Shown piece after piece: positions 57,209-64,000 of a stretch of DNA of 64,000 bases. The notes beneath the pieces were generated by a model, which saw only the letters and a program-made list of their open reading frames with translations, made no database searches and was not told the origin of the DNA. Every line of letters begins with the position of its first letter. Positions within the stretch are counted from its first letter, which is position 1. Source of the stretch: Nymphaea colorata (Eukaryota); the NCBI RefSeq assembly GCF_008831285.2, contig NC_045138.2:3596001-3660000 (forward strand), written 5' to 3'. The position numbers and the translations under genes were made by a program.

Positions 57209-60187
57209 TCAAGAACTGAGAAACATCTTCCGGAATTCATCGTTTGACTTTGGCTTATCCTCGCCATCTTCATTCTTTGAACTGCCTGTACCCCAGCCAA
57301 GGGGCCTAGAAATGCTCCTTGGCAAAGCAAATGTGGTATTACCTTTGAGTTGGACATGACCCGCACGCCTATGGGATACTGACGAAACTTGTCGACTTGC
57401 TTCACTTAAATTTTCGCGCCTACCTTCATGCCTACCGTCAGATGCTCGTCCACCTGTAGGTAACGTGTCAAAAAGTAAAATATGTAATGCTGTAACTGCT
57501 CAAACCAGATTAGGAGTCAAAAAACTACTTGCTCAAGCAAGAGATGAGGAGAAAATAAAAAAAGAACTACAAACGATAAGAGACTTCTTCCTTCCGTACA
57601 AGGGGAAAGGGGACGACTAGATAATACAATTAAATCTGTATTAAATAAAAAAAAAACTGAACTACAGGTTCCCATAAATTCTTTCTTGGAACACAGAGAA
57701 CAGTCACACCGGTGAAATTTGAACCTGAAATCTCCATTTCATTCTATGCTTTATACGATACTTGGAAACCTGGTCGTGTCTAACCACAGATAATACTGAA
57801 TTACTTCACGCGAAACTTGCTTCTCAGACTTTCTATCATGGTGCTAGACAACTGCATGATATTCTGGTCCCTGGAAGTTTTCATAGAATGGCAATAACTC
57901 AAGGATATTTTTGGTTTTTTTTAGTCCTTTTCAACAGTTGTATCTCTCATATGTTGCTATGGCTGGTAGCACCATCTTGTCTACATCTCTGCATATTCAA
58001 GCAGCTTGCTTTCATATTTAAAACCTTCAATTAAGTTTATAGCACAGGAATATGACAATGCTATACCTAGTCAATAGTCATAAAAGATAAGGACAATTAA
58101 GGGCAAGTTAGGACAAAAAGTTCATAAGAGCATAGAATATAGATGCACTTCAACGATAGGCTTCCTCTACCATCTAGGAGACACTCACAGCTAGCTTCCA
58201 CCCCCTTCCAACAGCTGGACATAATACATGAAGCTACCTCTTGTCGTCCTAATGAAGTTTCAGTAGAAAATTTGAAACTCCGTTGTTTTTTATTTTTGCG
58301 TGGTAGATGAGCATGGGCTCTTGACCTGAACAACTTTTGCTTGTGATGTAACTGTGCCTTTTTGGTTGTGTGCAGTGTTTTTCAACTTCTTGGAAGCTTC
58401 TTTGCTTCAAACATTGGCTTAGTTCATAGCTCTCCTGGTGCTTCCCTTCTAGGCCAGCTAAAAAAAATCAAGCTTTAATTCTTCTGGCTACTTGGAGACT
58501 CGTATCAACAACAAAGGCTTATGGGGCTTTGTAGCAAAGTACAATTTGAAGTGCAAGGCTTAGGAAGCCTCATAAGTATGCAACTTCAGAGCCTCAACCA
58601 GAACCTACAAAAGTTCAAAAGTGTGAAGAAAAGTCCTGAGGGGGAAAGAAAAAACAAAAGTTACAAAGGATTCTTGCAAGATACTTGACCAGTAGAACAT
58701 GCAGAATGTTAAGGTCCTATTCTTCCCTCTTCTCTCACCACTTCTGGTTCAACATAGAAATTGTAGGTTTACGCTGACAAAGACTGGTCCTTGGTAGAAA
58801 GTGAGTCAATGAGGCATAATTGATGAAGCCCAGAAAGGTTACGTAAACAAAAGCTGGAATAAAATGAGCATCCAAATACCACACTCGAGCACCAAACAGG
58901 AATTCTCTCACATAAAACTTAACAATTTGAGGGAAAATGTTATAAGAGAGTTCTGCCCAACGCTGAAGCCAATATCTCTTTTTCTAACAAAATGTGCACA
59001 GCATGGTGAGTCTACCACATACCATGACATGATTTTTAGTCATGACTTGCCTATGTCTGCAGCATGCGTACAATGAACCAGTTTTTGTTCTAAAAATGAA
59101 CATGACATCCCTTGCCATTCAATTGCAAAAAGGCAAGTAGGCAAGATTAAAATAACATAAGTGCTAAGTTTGCCAAAGATCAATAACTGCACAACAAAGT
59201 TCTGACTGGACCAAAACTGCATGATTTATCTTGCAAAAGTTCTTGTGAATAGAATGACAGAAGGTGCATCATTCGTAATTTAGAAGATTACAAGAGCACT
59301 ACTAGCTAATTGCTATCTGATTCTACAGAAAGGTGTAAATTCAAATACCTCTTCCCCTGGATGTACCACTTCCACTACTTCTTTTGCTCTGCTTTGGATC
59401 TGAACGAGCAATACTGACCTTCTTCCCAAGCAGTTTCTGCCTATTTTGTTTAATTCCAGCTTCAAGATGTTCATTATCGGTGAAATCCACATATGCCAAA
59501 CCCTGAAAAATAATATGCAATTTCACATGACTGAAGAAACACGTGTCTAAACAAGAACATGGATGAGCAAAGTGTTCACCATCTTGCCCTTCATAAACAT
59601 GAGAAAACAGAAGTGGAAGCTCACCCGTGATTTTCCAGTAAATTTATCCCTCAATAGGCGTATGGCAGTTACTCCACCCATCTCACTGAAGAAGTTGTGC
59701 AAATGTTCTTCTGTTACCTAGCTCAAGTTTCAGGAGCCACACATTATCAGTAGTGTTGTTCAGCCACTTAATATTAAATTCCTTATTCCAACTCAAGTCA
59801 AAATCAACTTACATCCAGACTAAGGTTTGAAATAAATGCAGTGCACTGATCAATGTAGAGACTTGGTTTAGAATCCTCCCTTGGCTTCTCTTCATCTGAT
59901 CCCTCATTGGCAGATGTGGGCCTAACCAATTCTGAAGAATGCTCTGATGTGCCAACAAATCCCCGTCCCTGTTTTGACATACTTTTGGGTTTTCCATCAG
60001 ATATCTGTTTTTGCCGCTTTGCTTCAGGATGCATAGCTGAAAAACCTCTATCTGTCTTCCTCTTCTTAGATGTGTTGTTAGCAAGATTCTCGCCTTTCCT
60101 CTCCACAGACTCCAGAGAAGGGTGATTTTGATGCTTTGCTTCTTGTTGTATTTGGAATAGTTGAAGCTCTTCCAAGCGAGGAGTAAC
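57209..60187 (-). CDS. SART3: SART3/Prp24-like U4/U6 snRNP recycling factor, last 4 exons (5' part lies beyond the window)
   Basis: Exons approximately 59812-60187, 59625-59717, 59349-59502, 57209-57453. RRM with RNP2 TAFISNL and RNP1 RGLAYVDF; C-terminal KPKSNDEFRKMFLSS*, the Lsm-interaction motif diagnostic of SART3/Prp24. Confidence 0.92.
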
Positions 60188-60872
60188 CTACAGATCGATA
60201 GAATTGATCAGAAAGACAACAAACTCATTGTACTAACTACTAAGCTTTGGCATGATAATAAAAGTGCAAGCAATCATAATTCTGATGAGATGACCAACCA
60301 GATTGAAATAGACTATTATTATGCAGGAGCATTTGAAGAAGACCACAGATTTAAACCTCATATTGATAGAGCTTCAACCTATGCACTTCTTCACCAAAGA
60401 CCTATCGGCTCCTATACTTAATTTATTGCTTGGCAAATTGTTAGCTATAGTGTTGTTAGTTTATAACTCATATAATCATTATTTACTTTCATAAAATGCA
60501 AATTACTAAATAAAAAAATCAAAATAGACAAAGCAGTAATAAAATGTGAATTCTGCTGTGCCCAAGCCATCATGCACCCACACCCATGTCCAACTGTGTC
60601 GATATATATAACAGAGTCTGATTTTTATTAAATTATTTTATAAGTTCCTTACTATCTTTATTGTGCAGTAGTGCACTATTCTTGTGAGGCATTGATTGAT
60701 ATAATTCCTGACTCAAGTTAGAAATACTTTTACAGCAATGCTCCCCTGCTCTGACATAATCAACAGGTTGTAACACATTGAATCTGATGGTTCAAAATCA
60801 AGATTTTACCATGAAACATGACGAAAACATACCTAAGAAAAGAAAAAACCATTATACATATATATATGAAAA

Positions 60873-61083
60873 GTCAATGCTGCCGTGCGCTGGATAGTTA
60901 CCGGATCAATGGCTAAAATTCGAAAATTCATCGCTAAAAGAATAATAAATCGTTGCTAAAGCCACATAAACCATTTGCCGAACCATAAACAATGGCTAAT
61001 GCCAATTTTAATTATGAATTTTTTAGTGGCAAAATTTTACATTTTAGCCATCCAGCAGCATTCGGCACATAGCATCATTGAAC
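60873..61083. repeat. Imperfect foldback / MITE-like element flanked by microsatellites
   Basis: ATGGCTAAAATTCGAAAATTCATCGCTAAAA pairs imperfectly with TTTTAGTGGCAAAATTTTACATTTTAGCCAT; (TA)n on the left, (CT)n(TA)n on the right. Confidence 0.55.
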
Positions 61084-61105
61084 TCTCTCTCTCTCTCTCT
61101 CTATC

Positions 61106-61140
<35 letters not shown>

Positions 61141-61842
61141 GCCCTGGCATGAAAGGAAGAACCAGTGCCTTCTCTTCTTTGCCCATTGTAACTTTGCAAT
61201 GAAATGACTGTATATCGCCTCAAGTCTACTCTCTTAACATCTCTGCCTCACATTTTACTATCCTCTTCTATATATATGTGTATGTATGTGTGTAAAGGCT
61301 ACAGCTGATACCAGCCATGCTTTGCATCAACTTCCAGGAAAAGATTTTGAATATTTTATTGCTAAATTTGGGTGATCTATATATCCCCTTTTTAAAAAGT
61401 ACCATATAGCATCACTTACCTAATTTGATGCATGTTTTCTCCAAATAAGCTCAAAAGAAACATATCTGACATCTTACATTAAGCAAAAGTACTTACAGGC
61501 ACAGTTTTCAGACTGACCTATATATGTGTATATGTATCTAGTATACACACTAGAGTGTAAAATTATAAACTACTCCAACATACCCCAATCTTAAACCTCA
61601 ATCCTGATGCCACAACCTGCTATATCAGCATATCACATTCTCTCTCCCCCTTGTCATGAAGGATTATGTGAGTATATGTACACAGGATTATGTGAGTATA
61701 TGTACATATGTGATATTATGTACATACCTATTGTATGCATGCATTTATACCAGTAAAAGGCCATTGAGTGCATGGAATTACCTCTCTTAGTAAAGGCAAC
61801 ATCATTTTTACCATTAAAGCAACAAAAGTCGCCATTCAACAG

Positions 61843-62619
61843 CAATGTTATCCGTATCGTACGATACGGACGCGTATCGTACGATAAGTATCGCCTGTAT
61901 CAAGATGAACAATACGGTACGCCATAAATTTGCGATACATGTGCGTATCGCACGTGTATCGCACGATACGGGCACCGTATCGTACGATACGGGCGATACA
62001 CCCCTGTATCGTACGATACGGGAGAAAACATAAAATTCCTTATTTTTTAAAAGTTTAAACACTCCTCCCTCTCTCTCTTCTTGTATTTAAAGACTCCAAT
62101 AGACATAGGAGGGAGAGATTTTGCCTATTTTCATAAATATTAACCAAGGATTCATCAATTTGGGAGATATCATCGTTGAATCATGAAAGATGATGACGTA
62201 CGTTTGAACTTATAAAATTCTGATGTAATCTAAGTCCTAAAACTCCAAGTCTTAAGACTCTAAGTCCTAAAATTTTATAAAATTTTCAAGTTTAAAATTG
62301 TGATGGATGCTTATGCCTTATTGTGTTAATTTGAATATTTGATTTCTTATTTTTGAATGTGTTGTTGATAGTATACACATGAATGTTCCTTATGTATGAT
62401 GATCTTTTTTATATTTGAATACATTTTTTATTTTTCTTGATTTCTGATTTTTTGTTCATTTTTTTCAGATTTTTAAGGATTTTTGTCTATTTTTATCTGT
62501 TTTTTAAATATTTTTTAAAATTAAAAAATTAATTTTATGATACGTTACACTACGTTTACGATACGTTACGATACGGCGTATAGGCCGATACGCGATACGC
62601 TACGCCTTTTATAACATTG
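61843..62619. mobile_element. Young non-autonomous hAT element (Tag1-like CAATGTT ends, 777 bp)
   Basis: TIR CAATGTTAT...ATAACATTG; perfect 8-bp TSD TTCAACAG (61835-61842 and 62620-62627); dense CGATAC/GTATCG subterminal repeats. Confidence 0.92.
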
Positions 62620-62654
62620 TTCAACAGTACTAGAACACATTCAGGATCGTGGGG

Positions 62655-63240
62655 TGTAGAAATATGGATACGGAAGAAGAGAAGAGAAACATAGATTTAA
62701 CATGGAAAACCCCTCAAGAACTGAGAGAAAAAACCACAACAAAGATGGAAGAAGCATGCTCACTAGCTGCGATTTTCTCTCTCTTAATTTCATTAACTAA
62801 AACAAATTAGGGTTAAAAGTTAAAACACCCTTCTTAAGTGATGAAAGTCACTACACTTAAGAGATGGATGGGTCGGATCCAGAACCACGACCAGTCCAGA
62901 TACAAACTTGTTAACACTCGCCAAGTCAAACATGCCCAACTTCCTTACATTCTTCTCAAACTGAGTAGATGACAAAGATTTTGTTAACACATCTGCAACT
63001 TGTTCATCAGACTTCATATATCATAAGATAATCTCCTTGGAGTCAATTCTCTCACGAATGAAATGTCGATCAATCTCTACATGCTTGGTCCTATCATGTA
63101 ACACTGGATTATTTGCAAGATTTATAGCAGACTTATTATCGCAGTACATCTTCATAGGTTCAGCAATCTTAGTCTCGATATCAGCCATCAACACTTTTAG
63201 CCACAATATTCAGAGACTCCCATTTGCTACAGCATGGTAC
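62655..63240 (-). mobile_element. Ty1/Copia retrotransposon remnant: RNase H C-terminus plus 3' LTR (62655-62916)
   Basis: WLKVLMADI...MYCDNKSAINLANNPVLHDRTKHVEIDRHFIRE...*YMKSDEQVADVLTKSL...KLGMFDL with in-frame stops. LTR is bounded TG(62655)...CA(62916) and contains a GTGGTTTTTT...GGGGTTTTCCA motif on minus; polypurine tract degenerate. Confidence 0.9.
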
Positions 63241-64000
63241 CTATGTCACATAGGTATGGGTACGGGTACCGGTGCAGGTACGGACCATTTTAAAAAAAAT
63301 TGGGTGCGGGGGTACGGCCGTACACACACACGGACATATACATATACATATATATATATGTTAGAATCTATGTCACACGGATACGGCAGAATGGTTCAAG
63401 TACCGGCGTCGACACGCCGACACGGGGATCCCGACACGGCGATACGGCTGGATACGTTTTGGATCGGGTCTGGGTCAGACCCGATCCAAACCACTTTTAT
63501 AACCGATTTTTTAACCCATTTTGTTTTACGCATTAACACTTACCCTCGATCGTCGACCTTCCTTTACCCTCGACGGCTTCCGCGGCAGGTTGGCAGCACA
63601 GTTCGGCAATGGCGGGCGACGGCGACGACCTCCGGCGACTTCCGGTGGCGTCCGGCGGCAGCCGGCGACAGACAGGTAAGTGTTTCTTTTGTCTATTATT
63701 TTCGATATTAGAAGTTAGGGTTTCAACTTTTATTTGGGGATTTTTTAGATTGAGTATTTCTTGCCGATTTTGGGATGTTTTCGGTTTAGAATCATATTCT
63801 TCAATGCTATGTGTGATGTTTTATTTCACTGTTTCATAAATTTTATGTTCATTATACGTTTTTTCCATCTTTTTTTTATGTTTAATGTATATTGGGCATT
63901 TCTTGCCGATTTGGGGATGTTTTGGTTTGAAGATTGGACGGTTTAGAATCATATTTTTCATCTTATGTGCGATGTTTTATTTCACTGTTTCATAAATTTT
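63241..64000. mobile_element. CTATGTCACA-family hAT element(s) inserted in the Copia RNase H; two termini (63241 and 63368); truncated by window end
   Basis: CTATGTCACATAGGTA at 63241 matches the reverse complement of the right end of the 13111-14072 element; a second CTATGTCACACGGATAC at 63368; internal direct repeat about 63758-63845 / 63899-64000. Confidence 0.8.

Noticed and set aside
58237..58326. Possible poison cassette exon in SART3 intron
   Set aside because: AG and GT are present but the upstream sequence is A-rich with no U-rich tract; unsupported without RNA data.
61843..62030. CRISPR-like appearance of repeated palindromes
   Set aside because: Irregular spacing without unique spacers; explained as hAT subterminal repeats in a plant genome.
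63037..63711. 224-aa plus-strand ORF
   Set aside because: Chance read-through across Copia antisense and hAT subterminal repeats; no transposase motifs.

Overview
Angiosperm nuclear DNA (species not assignable from sequence alone). Five recognisable intron-containing genes: CAND1 (minus, 28 coding exons, 2052-22460); a BEARSKIN/SOMBRERO-type NAC transcription factor (plus, 33963-37472) transcribed divergently across about 10 kb of intergenic DNA; LHCB5/CP26 (minus, 39372-41689); mitochondrial-type ClpX (minus, 43729-55740); and the 3' part of SART3/Prp24 (minus, 57209-60187, remainder off-window). A sixth, unidentified gene may start at the left edge. Introns carry hAT-type non-autonomous elements of different ages (8-bp target duplications) and a Copia remnant with two hAT termini nested in it. 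Tourist-like MITEs lie in the intergenic DNA, and (TA)n/(GA)n microsatellites are common throughout. The most unusual signal is a perfect 24-bp antisense copy of LHCB5 exon 3 inside the preceding 86-nt intron; it would fold the pre-mRNA into a hairpin that loops out the 3' splice site of an exon whose skipping keeps the frame. Three GC-AG introns are also required by the gene models. Exon boundaries were read by eye and may be off by a few bases.
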